Of a stretch of 64,000 nucleotides of DNA, positions 19,686 to 29,932 are shown piece by piece. The DNA is taken from contig OZ244905.1 of assembly GCA_965221695.1 (NCBI GenBank), positions 384,001 through 448,000 of the forward strand, read 5' to 3'. The translations under genes and the position numbers were made by a program. This DNA comes from Gammaproteobacteria bacterium. GTDB taxonomy: Bacteria > Pseudomonadota > Gammaproteobacteria > Eutrophobiales > Eutrophobiaceae. Under the pieces are notes generated by a model. The model was given only the letters and a program-made list of their open reading frames with translations. It ran no database searches and was not told where the DNA came from. Each line of letters starts with the position of its first letter. Position 1 is the first letter of the stretch.

Positions 19686-20561
19686 CTACTGATGGCGTTG
19701 CCGCAGATACTCTCTTTCCAGCTTCTTTATAAAAACCATTTGTTCTCTCTGGATCAACGCCATGTCCAAATCGTCGGCAAAACGCATCGCATAGGCGCCC
19801 CCCCGTGGAAATTCCTTCCATTTATTTCCTGTGGAAAACGCAAACACATCGGCGCTATGCATAGTCAGCTTCACCTTGCCGTCAGACAAATCATCCAAGC
19901 GCCCGGCAATGTGTGATAAAGCCTCGTTGTTGGGTTGGCCGACCCGATCAAATTCCAGTACACGAAAGACAGCGTTGGTCTCCTCATAGGTGTAGCCGAC
20001 AGCTTCAACCTTGTTCAGATATCCCATCATCATGCCGAACAGCAAGCGCGCAGATAGCGGATTCAGGTAGCCCTTGCTGCCGGCATCAACAACAGTATGT
20101 ATCACAGCAGGCTTTATGCCTTGATCAAGCGATACGTGGCACAACAACAGAACGCTGTCCTGAAAATAGATATACCCGATCATCGATGCCAGGGAAATAA
20201 TATCTTCAGCGGTGGCATCAGCGGCCATATTCAAACGGGCATTGATGGAGATGCCGGATACACCTTGGTAACCACCTTGGGTAATCAATGAAACCCCTGG
20301 CTTTATCCTGTCGGCAAGTCCGGGGCTGATAGCCAGTATTGATTCAAGACGTTTGCTTTCGGTGCGGGACAGCGTTTTGCGTTGTTCCCAATTCAATGCG
20401 GCAACGGCGTCAAAAACTTTTGCCTCGATCCGGCTAGCCGCATCCCTGTTTGGGAATACCACGTAGAACAATTCACAATCGGGTCTTGATATTTTGTCCG
20501 CGGCGGCGAAAACAGACAACGGAAAAAGAAAAAGGAAACTTATTCTTGCCAGTCTTGACAC
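19686..20561 (-). CDS. Hypothetical exported protein
   Basis: 291-aa ORF with a signal peptide; no motif recognised. Confidence 0.6.
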   Translation of the reverse strand: MSRLARISFLFLFPLSVFAAADKISRPDCELFYVVFPNRDAASRIEAKVFDAVAALNWEQRKTLSRTESKRLESILAISPGLADRIKPGVSLITQGGYQGVSGISINARLNMAADATAEDIISLASMIGYIYFQDSVLLLCHVSLDQGIKPAVIHTVVDAGSKGYLNPLSARLLFGMMMGYLNKVEAVGYTYEETNAVFRVLEFDRVGQPNNEALSHIAGRLDDLSDGKVKLTMHSADVFAFSTGNKWKEFPRGGAYAMRFADDLDMALIQREQMVFIKKLEREYLRQRHQ

Positions 20562-20592
20562 GATTTATCCCCAATTATGAAACAGAAAACAA

Positions 20593-20625
20593 CTGCGCTA
20601 TTGTTTTGATAGTTCAATAGCGCAG
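20593..20625 (-). terminator. Probable intrinsic terminator after the TonB receptor gene
   Basis: CTGCGCTATTG/CAATAGCGCAG stem followed by a T-rich tract on the minus strand. Confidence 0.6.
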
Positions 20626-20638
20626 CCAGAAGCCCGAA

Positions 20639-23086
20639 TCAGTAACTGAAATTTGTCCTCACGTAAATAAAGCGACCATTAACGCCGATCGGTGAGAGAA
20701 CATCGTATGGCAGGTTACCAAAATAGCTGATGTCGAATATCGATTCGTCAGGATATTCATCAAGAAGGTTATTCCCCCCTGCCGATATACGCCAGTTGTC
20801 ATTAATGGCATACTCGATATCAGCATCGACAGACCATTCGGCCCCATAGACCTGCTGCGGCTCAAAACCGCCGCCGAAATCGAATATCCGTTCCGTTTCT
20901 CCGAAACGGGTCGCCCGCACCAGTGCGGATATGGTTTCGTTGGACCATGAACCGGTGAGAATCAGCTTATCTTCCGGCGCTGCCGTCTCGTAGGTGTTCT
21001 GCTCTTCGATACCCATAATCACCCGGTTCGGCTCATTGACAATATCAGTATCGGTGTTGTTATACGCAACCGAGAAACTCCAGCCCTCACGCCGGTAGGA
21101 TGCAACCACGTCAAACCCGGTGGTCTCCGTGTCTGCAACATTGGTAAAAAAACGCACTCCGCCAACACCGGGCACACCATCAACAGGAATATTCTGGGAC
21201 AGCGCAATACGATCATCGATATCCACCTCGAAGTAATCAAAGGTCAAACTGATACCGTTATCATTGAACCAGGTAAAACCGATGCTTTTACTCAGTGATT
21301 CTTCAGCATCAAGGGCCTCTGCGCCATTTTCCAGCGCAATCGGATCAGTCACGGGCAGACTCAAAGTTCTGACCAGCGCGCCGCCTGTGCCATAACTGGT
21401 CGTCGTGCCGGTGAAAAATGCCTGTGCGAGAGAGGGCGCGCGGAAGCCGGTGCTGATACTTGCGCGGATGCCGAAGCCCGGGAACAGCTCGTAGCGAGCC
21501 GCAGCCTTGCCGTTAACCGTATCGCCGAAATCATCGTAATCTTCAAACCTGCCTGCCACCGACAACAGCAGATCCTCAGTAATATCAAACTCCAGGTCGA
21601 CATATGCCGACCAGGCAAACCGGTCCTCATCGACTTCATCGGAAGGTTGTAATCCCGGACCGCTTTGCGCGCCGATCTTGGATGTATCGCTGTTACCGAA
21701 TGTGATACACACTGCACAGGCTACCGCGTTCCCTGCAATATAGGATTCCGGATCACCTGCCTTCGTGCTGTAATCCTCAAATCGAAACTCCAGTCCCGCT
21801 GCGGCATTGACCGGGATCGCGCCGAGTTCCATTCCCCTGGAAACATCAAGATTGAGCACAGTCTGCGAATAGTCATACTCGCCCCGGTAAAATTCAGTCG
21901 GACTGGCAGTACCCAGCGAAGAGTTGAGCGTGTTCTTTACGCTGTCGGAAAACTCGTTGGAACCGTATACTACGCTCGCATCGATGAGCCAGCCACCGGC
22001 CAACTCCCCGGTGATGCCGCCGGCAATAGAGAAGTCAGTGATGTCCGCGTCACTTATCGGCAAAAACCCGTTGGGATAGATTGACATGACGTTATTTGCG
22101 CTGACCGGATAGCGAAAGAAATTATAGCCTTCGCCGTCACGCTCGGAGTAACTGCCGAAACTGTATAACTCAAAGCCTGAATCCAACTCATAGCCGGCGT
22201 TGAACATCAGGTTGATATCACTTGCTTCGCCATCGCCTTCACGATAGTTGCGCATGCCTGCCAACGCATCATTCGGGGCCGCTTCCGGTGTCCCGCTGGA
22301 CGGGACCGGTGCGATGAATTCAGCAAAACCAATCGTCGGCAACTGGTCGAAACTCGACCGGTTAGTCGATGATCGGTCACGGTATTCAGCGCTCAGGTTA
22401 AGAAAGCCGTTGGCGAAAGAAAATCCGTGGTTGGCGCTGACAGTGACTGTTTCCCCGTCCGTGATATTCTTGTCAACCGGGTCCAGCTCCGTGATGTGGC
22501 CCCCATAGGAAACCGAGATATTACCCCCTTCAGTATTGTCTTTCAGCACGATGTTGATGACGCCCGCAATAGCATCCGAACCGTACTGGGCCGCAGCCCC
22601 ATCGCGTAATACCTCTATGCGTTCAATCGCGCTGGTCGGGATATTATTGAAATCTACGGCAGCGCTGCCTCTGCCCACCTTCGATTCAGTACTGATGACC
22701 GAATTGACATGGCGCCGCTTGCCATTTACCAGGACCAGCACCTGGTCCGGACTCAAACCCCTTAATTGCGCCGACCTGACAATGTCGGTCTGCCCGGAAT
22801 TGGATTGGCGCGGCATGCTGAAAGAAGCCACGGCGGCCTGCAGCAAACCGCCCAGTTCGCCGGCAATATTGGGTGACCTGACCAGGTCGTCAGCGGTGAT
22901 GATATCCACCGGCACCAGACTGTCTTCAATCGCGCGGGTCTGGGAACGTGTGCCGATAGTAACGATTTCTTCAATCTCGTTATCGGCAGCAGACGCTGAT
23001 TCCTGTGCGATCGGCTGCAATGTGCAGACGGACAGGGATAACAGGTACATTGCAGGAACGCTTAACAGGCTATTGAATAATTTCAT
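20639..23086 (-). CDS. TonB-dependent receptor
   Basis: IEEIVTIGTR, LRGLSPDQVLVLVNGKRRH, IERIEVLRDGAAAQYGSDAIAGVINI. Confidence 0.93.
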   Translation of the reverse strand: MKLFNSLLSVPAMYLLSLSVCTLQPIAQESASAADNEIEEIVTIGTRSQTRAIEDSLVPVDIITADDLVRSPNIAGELGGLLQAAVASFSMPRQSNSGQTDIVRSAQLRGLSPDQVLVLVNGKRRHVNSVISTESKVGRGSAAVDFNNIPTSAIERIEVLRDGAAAQYGSDAIAGVINIVLKDNTEGGNISVSYGGHITELDPVDKNITDGETVTVSANHGFSFANGFLNLSAEYRDRSSTNRSSFDQLPTIGFAEFIAPVPSSGTPEAAPNDALAGMRNYREGDGEASDINLMFNAGYELDSGFELYSFGSYSERDGEGYNFFRYPVSANNVMSIYPNGFLPISDADITDFSIAGGITGELAGGWLIDASVVYGSNEFSDSVKNTLNSSLGTASPTEFYRGEYDYSQTVLNLDVSRGMELGAIPVNAAAGLEFRFEDYSTKAGDPESYIAGNAVACAVCITFGNSDTSKIGAQSGPGLQPSDEVDEDRFAWSAYVDLEFDITEDLLLSVAGRFEDYDDFGDTVNGKAAARYELFPGFGIRASISTGFRAPSLAQAFFTGTTTSYGTGGALVRTLSLPVTDPIALENGAEALDAEESLSKSIGFTWFNDNGISLTFDYFEVDIDDRIALSQNIPVDGVPGVGGVRFFTNVADTETTGFDVVASYRREGWSFSVAYNNTDTDIVNEPNRVIMGIEEQNTYETAAPEDKLILTGSWSNETISALVRATRFGETERIFDFGGGFEPQQVYGAEWSVDADIEYAINDNWRISAGGNNLLDEYPDESIFDISYFGNLPYDVLSPIGVNGRFIYVRTNFSY

Positions 23087-23150
23087 AATATTCTCTTCCG
23101 GTAGTTTGCTGTGATCTGTAAAGGTCAGATTCTATCAAAATTCATTTAAA

Positions 23151-23178
23151 GAAGCTCTGAGACTTAACCCAGAGCTTC
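23151..23178. repeat. IS5-end-like ~27-bp palindrome (GGAAMCTCTGA-cttaa-TCAGAGSTTCC family)
   Basis: GAAGCTCTGAGACTTAACCCAGAGCTTC; other copies at 23689, 25063, 26497, 33308/33338, 36910, 56599, half copies at 50830 and 61560, and both MITE-A right ends. Confidence 0.75.
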
Positions 23179-23230
23179 CCTAATATAATTTACACAGAAA
23201 AAGCGTACCAGCTTCGATGGATTTGCCGTC

Positions 23231-23665
23231 TCATAAGTCGGCCATACAACCCGGTTTTACCGCGACCCAGACCAGGTGGATCGGTTCATCTCCGGAATTC
23301 TGCGACTCGTGGTCGGCGTCCAGCCCAAGCCCTTCATCGCTCCAGCCGATCTCGCCATCAGGCGCTACATAAGTCTCTGTTTTGTCTCCATAACGCACTG
23401 TCCACTCACCACCTTTAACATGGATATAAAGTTGATTCGGTGGATGTTTATGCACACCTTCCCATTGTCCGGGTGGAATGATAAATCTCTGCACGACAAG
23501 CGTGTCATTATCCAGCAAGATCTCACCGGGGATATTGGGGTAGAACTGGTGGCACGGGCTCGCCGGCCCATCTGCGCCGTGCGTTGCGGTGACGACAAGA
23601 TTTATCAGTAACAGCGATATAGTTTTCCTGATATAACATAATTTTTGCATGTTGGCCTTGATCAT
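23231..23665 (-). CDS. Exported cupin-domain protein
   Basis: Signal peptide; PGQWEGVHKHP and HESQN cupin motifs. Confidence 0.7.
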   Translation of the reverse strand: MIKANMQKLCYIRKTISLLLINLVVTATHGADGPASPCHQFYPNIPGEILLDNDTLVVQRFIIPPGQWEGVHKHPPNQLYIHVKGGEWTVRYGDKTETYVAPDGEIGWSDEGLGLDADHESQNSGDEPIHLVWVAVKPGCMADL

Positions 23666-23781
23666 AAAACATCCTCCTATTGTTCTAAGGAAGCTATGAG
23701 ACTTAATCAGAGGTTCATTAATTGACTATGGACGCCTATGCGCAGGGTCGAAAAGTGTGCTAACGGGCAACCCTGGGTGAT

Positions 23782-24951
23782 CTAGAGGCGCTCTCTCTGC
23801 GCCAGCAAACCCGGAATCAGGATGAGGGCGCTGGCGATGAACAGTATTGTCGCCACGGTGTAGACATTGTCATAATTGCTCCTGCCGAGAATGGTTGCGG
23901 CGATGAAGGGGCCGATAGCATAGCCCGCCGTCTGCATGCAGATGCCGTAAATCACTACCTTGCCCCGGCGGTCAAATGAGGCCAGGGTTGCCAGCAGGTA
24001 GGGCATACTCACGTTCCACAGGAAATTAAACAGGCAGACACCCAAGGCGAAATGGAACAGGGCGATCTTGCCGACCAGCAAGTAGATGCCGATGGCGGTA
24101 CCTGTGATGCTCACCTGCAAAGGAATAATACGGCCGATGCGTAGCTGCAAAACCACGGCAACAAAGGCGCCGGCAATACCCAGGAACTGGGAGACTGTCA
24201 GGACATTGGCCACGGTCTGCTCGGCAATACCCGCTTCCAGCCCAAGCAGGAACAGGTAAGCCCAGACGATACCTATGGAGGTGTTATAGACCAGAATGGC
24301 AAACAGGGACAGCCCTTTCAAGCGCCAGGAATAACCCATCGGTTCTGGCGTTGAGCGCCGCAAGTGGTGAACGCCCGAACGCGGCAGGTAGCGGACGAAC
24401 AACAGCCCCGATAGATTGAACAAGGCAAAAAACAGCAGAACGCCATTCATGCCGATCCCGGCAAACGCAGTGGGCATAACCAGGATGCCGAGGGCGCCGT
24501 AGATTAATACCCAGGTGATGATGTAACCGAAATTCCTGTCGGATTTGTCGGTGAGACCCATCATGGCAAAGGTCAACGACATCAGCCCGCCGGAACCCAT
24601 GCCGGTGAGGAAGCGCACTGCCGCCAGCGACTCAAAATCCGTCAGTGAAAGCGACATGAGGTTGCCTGTGGTGGCAATGATGAGACACAGCAGCGTGAGC
24701 TTGCGCCAGTCAAAACGCGCCTCCAAAAAGATAAGCAGCATGGTGGTGAAAGCGATGCCGAACATCTCCGCAGAGGCGATATACCCCGCCTGTTCCTCGC
24801 TGAAGTCCAGATATTCAACCAGGCCCTGAACATAACCCGGCTGCAGGATAAAGACACAAGGGGCAATGACCGCGATATAAACCACCGCAACGATCGGCAT
24901 GCGCGCATTTACATCCACCGGACCGGCGCTATTTCCCAATAACCATCGCAT
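23782..24951 (-). CDS. MFS transporter (paralog of 18374-19534)
   Basis: About 12 TM segments; RFLTGMGSG and DRNFG motifs. Confidence 0.85.
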   Translation of the reverse strand: MRWLLGNSAGPVDVNARMPIVAVVYIAVIAPCVFILQPGYVQGLVEYLDFSEEQAGYIASAEMFGIAFTTMLLIFLEARFDWRKLTLLCLIIATTGNLMSLSLTDFESLAAVRFLTGMGSGGLMSLTFAMMGLTDKSDRNFGYIITWVLIYGALGILVMPTAFAGIGMNGVLLFFALFNLSGLLFVRYLPRSGVHHLRRSTPEPMGYSWRLKGLSLFAILVYNTSIGIVWAYLFLLGLEAGIAEQTVANVLTVSQFLGIAGAFVAVVLQLRIGRIIPLQVSITGTAIGIYLLVGKIALFHFALGVCLFNFLWNVSMPYLLATLASFDRRGKVVIYGICMQTAGYAIGPFIAATILGRSNYDNVYTVATILFIASALILIPGLLAQRERL

Positions 24952-25091
24952 AGCACTCCCCCTTTGTATTACAGTAGTTTTACTGGAGCTTGAAGCTGTT
25001 AAAGTTAAGGATGTTGATCAATTCAATCTAGGATTTGTCTGCGCTCGCAAATTTGTGCTGTAGAAACCTCTGATTTAATCTCAACGGTTGC

Positions 25092-26486
25092 TTAAACACT
25101 GCTTAACACATCCAGCAATATATCCACGGCCTTGTTCATGTAGTCACGGGTGATAGTTAACGAGGGCATGAGACGCAACACGTTGCCGTTGCGGCCGCAG
25201 GGCACCATGATGATGCCGTTTGCTAACAGGCCCATCACCACTTTCATCATCGTGTCTGCGCCGGCAGGTTCCCGGGTGTGCTTGTCTGTCACCAGTTCAA
25301 TGCCGATCATCAATCCCCTGCCCCGCGCTTCACCAATAATGGGCAGTTTATCAGAGGCGCCCTGTAAACGTTCCAGGACTTCTTTGCCGAGCTGCGCAGC
25401 CCGCTCTACCAACTCGCCTTCCTGGATGATGGCAATATTGGTCATGGTAACCGCAGAAGAGACCGCATTGGCGGCAAAGGTCTGGGGTTGCGACATGTCG
25501 TCAAGCTGTTGCGCCAGTTCTTTGCGCATAATCACGCCGGCCATGGGCAGATCTCCGCCCATGCCTTTGCCGAAGGTCATCATGTCCGGTTCTACCCCGG
25601 TATGTTCGATAGACCACATTTTCCCAGTGCGGCCGGTACCCGCCTGAACCTCGTCCGCGACAAACAGCGCGCCGTGTTTCTCACAGGCAGCTTTGACCCG
25701 AAGGAAGAACTCAGGCGCCGGCGGCACATAGCCTCCTTCGCCCTGGACCGGCTCAACGATTACCGCGGCCACATCGTCCGCTGCCGTGTACGGTGTGTTC
25801 AACAGGTAATCCACATAGTCGCCGCAGACTTCCTCGCAGGTCTTATCTCCCAAGGGCAGTGGAAAACGATACGCGTAGGGGTACGGCGCATGGATTACGC
25901 CGCCCATGAAGGGGCCGTAGCCCTTGCGGTACTGATCACCCGTGGTCAACGCGTTGGAGGCGGCCCAGACACCGTGGTAAGCCCCATGAAAGGCCAGGAT
26001 CTGGTTGCGCCCGGTTACCCGGCGGGCAAATTTGATAGCGCATTCCAACGCCCCGCTACCGCTCTGAGTGAAATAGCTGATACAGTTGTTGCGGAGACCC
26101 GGCGGCGCGATGGAAGCAATCATTTTCGCCAGTTCGCCGCGCTTGGTATTGCTGATATCCGAAGCATGCATGAGTATCCTGGACTGGCGTTCCATGGTCT
26201 CGATCACCCTGGGATGAGACCGCCCTACGCTGCTGACGCCAACACCGGCTGACACATCGATATACAGGTTGCCGTCCGGATCCTTCACCGTTACTCCCTT
26301 GCCCACATCGAATACCAGCGGAAAGCCGCCGCCACCTCGGGTCATCGATTCAAATTTCGGCGCCTCGGCCAGCATTGCAGCCGCCTTCGGGCCGGGCACG
26401 CCATCAGTGATGATATTCGGCGCATCAGCAAAAGATAGTTCTGCCAGTTCCTGTTCTGAGATCATGGTAGTCTCCGGTATAGTCAA
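25092..26486 (-). CDS. Class III aminotransferase (4-aminobutyrate aminotransferase-like)
   Basis: FHGAYHG, EPVQGEGG, DEVQAGTGRTG and FGKGMGG motifs. Confidence 0.88.
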   Translation of the reverse strand: MTIPETTMISEQELAELSFADAPNIITDGVPGPKAAAMLAEAPKFESMTRGGGGFPLVFDVGKGVTVKDPDGNLYIDVSAGVGVSSVGRSHPRVIETMERQSRILMHASDISNTKRGELAKMIASIAPPGLRNNCISYFTQSGSGALECAIKFARRVTGRNQILAFHGAYHGVWAASNALTTGDQYRKGYGPFMGGVIHAPYPYAYRFPLPLGDKTCEEVCGDYVDYLLNTPYTAADDVAAVIVEPVQGEGGYVPPAPEFFLRVKAACEKHGALFVADEVQAGTGRTGKMWSIEHTGVEPDMMTFGKGMGGDLPMAGVIMRKELAQQLDDMSQPQTFAANAVSSAVTMTNIAIIQEGELVERAAQLGKEVLERLQGASDKLPIIGEARGRGLMIGIELVTDKHTREPAGADTMMKVVMGLLANGIIMVPCGRNGNVLRLMPSLTITRDYMNKAVDILLDVLSSV

Positions 26487-26721
26487 GATATGTCCAGGAG
26501 TTCTCTGACTTAATCAGAGGTTCCTTAAGTCAGAGTTCCTTTAGTTTATCAGGTATCCAAATCGTTTACTTCCACTAGTACTCCAATTTCAAGGCGCAGG
26601 CGAGACACTCGCCTCCAGGGTAAAGACCTTGTAAGGAATCTTGTTGTCTGCTGGATTCCCGTTGTTGCGAGAATGGTCAGCGCTAACGCATAATATCGGA
26701 TTAAACAATCAGGTTCCTTGA

Positions 26722-27360
26722 ATGTCTTCTGAACTGTCACCCCACAATACCGCGTTACTGATCGTAGATATGAGCCTGGATTTTTTACAGGCCGACGCGC
26801 CGTTCGAGACTCAAGCAGGACGGGTTATGCTACCGCAACTTGCGAAATTTATTCGATATTGTCGCTCGATAAAATTGCCGATCATTTATTTAAACCATGT
26901 TCATCACCCGGGAGCAAACGACAAAGGTACCCTGGCTGACCGTTTTCCCCTGATTCGGGACGGGAAGGCTGTGCGCGCCGGTACTGAAGGCGTCACCATC
27001 TGGCCAGATATTGCGCCTGAAGCCAACGATATGGTCATCGAGAAGATCAGGCAATCCGGCTTTATGTACACCAGGTTGGAGGCAACGCTTAAAGATTTAG
27101 GCGTAACCCACCTCCTCATGGCCGGTGTTTCAACCGGCGCTTGTGTTGAATCCACCGCTCGAGACGCGGTGTCCAGGGACTATAACGTTTGCATGCTGAG
27201 CGATGTCACCGCGGCATCCGGCATAGCCGACCAGGGCTGGGGCGTCGTTGACTCAGATACCCTACAAAGAGTGTTTCTAACCAATTTCGCCCGCCACTTC
27301 GGAAAAGTGGCTTCGACCGAAGAATTAATGGCCGGCCCGCTTGCAAAAAGTCCACCCTGA
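26722..27360 (+). CDS. Isochorismatase-family cysteine hydrolase
   Basis: ALLIVDM, EKIRQSGF and GVSTGACVESTARDA (D-K-C triad). Confidence 0.88.
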   Translation: MSSELSPHNTALLIVDMSLDFLQADAPFETQAGRVMLPQLAKFIRYCRSIKLPIIYLNHVHHPGANDKGTLADRFPLIRDGKAVRAGTEGVTIWPDIAPEANDMVIEKIRQSGFMYTRLEATLKDLGVTHLLMAGVSTGACVESTARDAVSRDYNVCMLSDVTAASGIADQGWGVVDSDTLQRVFLTNFARHFGKVASTEELMAGPLAKSPP

Positions 27361-27395
27361 GCATACGGGTGGACCCACGGATGCCGCAGTTTGTT

Positions 27396-29846
27396 TTATT
27401 GCCCGAAGGAGTAACTGAATGTTGCGCCATAAGTCCGGGGCATTCCATACACTCGCACAAACGGACCGTTGCCACCGTTGTATGCTGACGGATAATAGTC
27501 CTCATCGGTGAGATTGCGGGACCAGAGCATCGCCCGCCACCTGCCGTCAGCGGCGGCGACACCGATCCTGGCGCCGAGCAACGTGTAGTCTTCGGTATCT
27601 TCTTCCGGTCGCACCCCGCCGCTTATGTCATCGGTGAAGCTCACGTCCAGGCCTGCTTCCAGCATCATGTTCGCGGATATCGGCTGGACAAAATCCACTA
27701 CCGCGGTGTACTGCCATTCCGGAGACTGTTGCAGGGGCGCTCCGGAAACATCCATTCTTACCGTATTCGGCCAGTCACTGGCGTCGCGGTCCACCGCGTC
27801 CCATTTATTGACCTCGGTATCCAGCCACGCAGCGGCAAACTGCAGTCTCAGGCTGTCAATAGGCTGCCATTGTATATCGAGTTCAATACCGTGAATTTCC
27901 GATTCAGGCACATTGGTCAGTCCGGAAATATTGCCGACGAAGGTAACGGCAGCGTCCTGCTCCTGCTTGTCTTCATAGTTGTAGTAGAATACAGCGGTGT
28001 TAACCTGCATGCTGCCGTCCAGATATGTTGCCTTGCTGCCGACTTCGAATGAGGTCAGCACCTCCTCCTTATAAGGCGCAAGCTGCTGGGTGGTATTAGA
28101 GTTGGCGCCATTGAAACCACCCGACTTGAAACCCCGGGAGACCATGCCGTAAAGCAGAAAATCATCGCTGACAGAATAGTCGAGGCCGATCTTGCCCATC
28201 CACTTGTTGGTGTTTATGCTATCCTCGTAGGGCTGGAACGCGTTGTTGATGTTAGGCGTCATTAGCACTGCGAAAATGGAGTTCGGCGATGCCGGATCAT
28301 CGTTGATGGTGCCGCAGTCTCCTGCTACCAGGGAGGCGCCGAATGCGCCATTAAGGAAGGCGGCCAGGCTACCGTCATCAGCCACATAGGTGCAACCGAC
28401 CCAGTCCCGATCTTCCTCGGTATAGCGCACACCCAGGGTCAGGCGCAGGGCTGGTGTGAACTGCCACTCCACGTGGCCAAAGACTGCCGCGGACTCGGTT
28501 TCCTGGGTGTAGATGGTATCCAACTCCAGGATCGGTGTAGCCGCAAACAGTCCGACGCCCCAAGGGATGGAACCGAAGCCGTACTGGGAATCCGACATGA
28601 AATAGTGGTAATACTCGTCCATCTCATCTTTAGAATAATACAGGCCCGCGACCCAGTTCAGGTTGTCAGTCTCGCCCGTCAGTCGCAGCTCCTGGGAAAA
28701 AACCTCCAGGTCTGTGGTGTTGATATTGCTGGAATCGTTAAAGAACCCGCCGTCCCAGTCATTTGACTCAACCCGATCAAACTCATTGTAACCGGTGACC
28801 GAAGTCAGGGTCATCGCGCCCAGTTCCCAGTCAATACGCGCCATTACGCCAACGAGTTCGTTGTCGCGCCGCGGGCGCAGATTGAAGGTTTTGCCGGTAT
28901 GCGGACTGGTATAGCTGTTGGTCCAGTCGGCGATCCGGTTGTCGCCACTGGAATACCACGGTGGGGTTTCGCCAAAATTCGCGCCGCCCGGCTGCCGGTA
29001 CTCATCCAACGGCGTATAGGGGTTGGTAAACTCACCCAGCCCGTTTTCCCGGCCGTCATAAGATGTATTTGCCCGGTTTTCGGACTTGTCCCTGGTGTAG
29101 TGGGCAATTACGGACAGGCTGAACGTATCGGTTGGTTCAAAGTTCAGGGTGCCGCGCACAGCGATCGCATCCTGTTCACCCAGTTTGTCATCCCGGGTGG
29201 CACTTTTCTGCCAGCCTTCTTCCGATTGCATCGTCTTGAACGCCAGGCGTCCTTGTACCGTATCACTGCCGCCACTGATGAAACCCTCCACATCCCAGGA
29301 CTGGAAACGGCCGTAGCCGCCGGTGATGCCCGCCTCGAATTCCCGGGTGGGTTTTCTGCTGATAAAATTGATCTGCCCGGCAGTCGTATTGCGCCCGTAC
29401 AGGTCGCCCTGGGGCCCTTTCAGCACTTCCACCCGGTCGGTATCAAACACCAGGTTGCGCGTCATCACCGAGTACGGCATGGCCACTTCGTCGAAGTAGA
29501 TGCCGACGGTGGATGATGCCGCGGTGGAATAATCCTGGAAGCCTACGCCGCGGATGGTGTACAAGGGCACACCGGTCGCCGCGGTTTCATTCACCGTGAG
29601 TCCGGGCACGTACTGGGCCATGTTCTCTGCGCTGACTATCCTGAAATCCTGCAACTGCTCGCCGCTGAATGCGGAAATGCTGATGGGAACATCATTTAGG
29701 TTCTGGCTGCGCTTTTGCGCGGTAACGGTAATCTCCTCGATCTGGGCGGCCTGGGCAATACCCAGGCCGGCCAGGCAGAGGACGGTTACCCACAGCGCAG
29801 TCAGCCCGCGCCGGGATATTTGCCATTCGGTGATCGTAGTGTGCAT
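27396..29846 (-). CDS. TonB-dependent receptor
   Basis: IEEITVTAQKR, RVEVLKGPQGDLYGRNTTAG and GFKSGGFN motifs. Confidence 0.93.
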   Translation of the reverse strand: MHTTITEWQISRRGLTALWVTVLCLAGLGIAQAAQIEEITVTAQKRSQNLNDVPISISAFSGEQLQDFRIVSAENMAQYVPGLTVNETAATGVPLYTIRGVGFQDYSTAASSTVGIYFDEVAMPYSVMTRNLVFDTDRVEVLKGPQGDLYGRNTTAGQINFISRKPTREFEAGITGGYGRFQSWDVEGFISGGSDTVQGRLAFKTMQSEEGWQKSATRDDKLGEQDAIAVRGTLNFEPTDTFSLSVIAHYTRDKSENRANTSYDGRENGLGEFTNPYTPLDEYRQPGGANFGETPPWYSSGDNRIADWTNSYTSPHTGKTFNLRPRRDNELVGVMARIDWELGAMTLTSVTGYNEFDRVESNDWDGGFFNDSSNINTTDLEVFSQELRLTGETDNLNWVAGLYYSKDEMDEYYHYFMSDSQYGFGSIPWGVGLFAATPILELDTIYTQETESAAVFGHVEWQFTPALRLTLGVRYTEEDRDWVGCTYVADDGSLAAFLNGAFGASLVAGDCGTINDDPASPNSIFAVLMTPNINNAFQPYEDSINTNKWMGKIGLDYSVSDDFLLYGMVSRGFKSGGFNGANSNTTQQLAPYKEEVLTSFEVGSKATYLDGSMQVNTAVFYYNYEDKQEQDAAVTFVGNISGLTNVPESEIHGIELDIQWQPIDSLRLQFAAAWLDTEVNKWDAVDRDASDWPNTVRMDVSGAPLQQSPEWQYTAVVDFVQPISANMMLEAGLDVSFTDDISGGVRPEEDTEDYTLLGARIGVAAADGRWRAMLWSRNLTDEDYYPSAYNGGNGPFVRVYGMPRTYGATFSYSFGQ

Positions 29847-29932
29847 TATGGACTCCCCATTCTATTGATATCGCGTTGCGGATTATGATACAAAAAAATT
29901 GAAGTATGTCAACTTTTGTGTATCATTTAACA

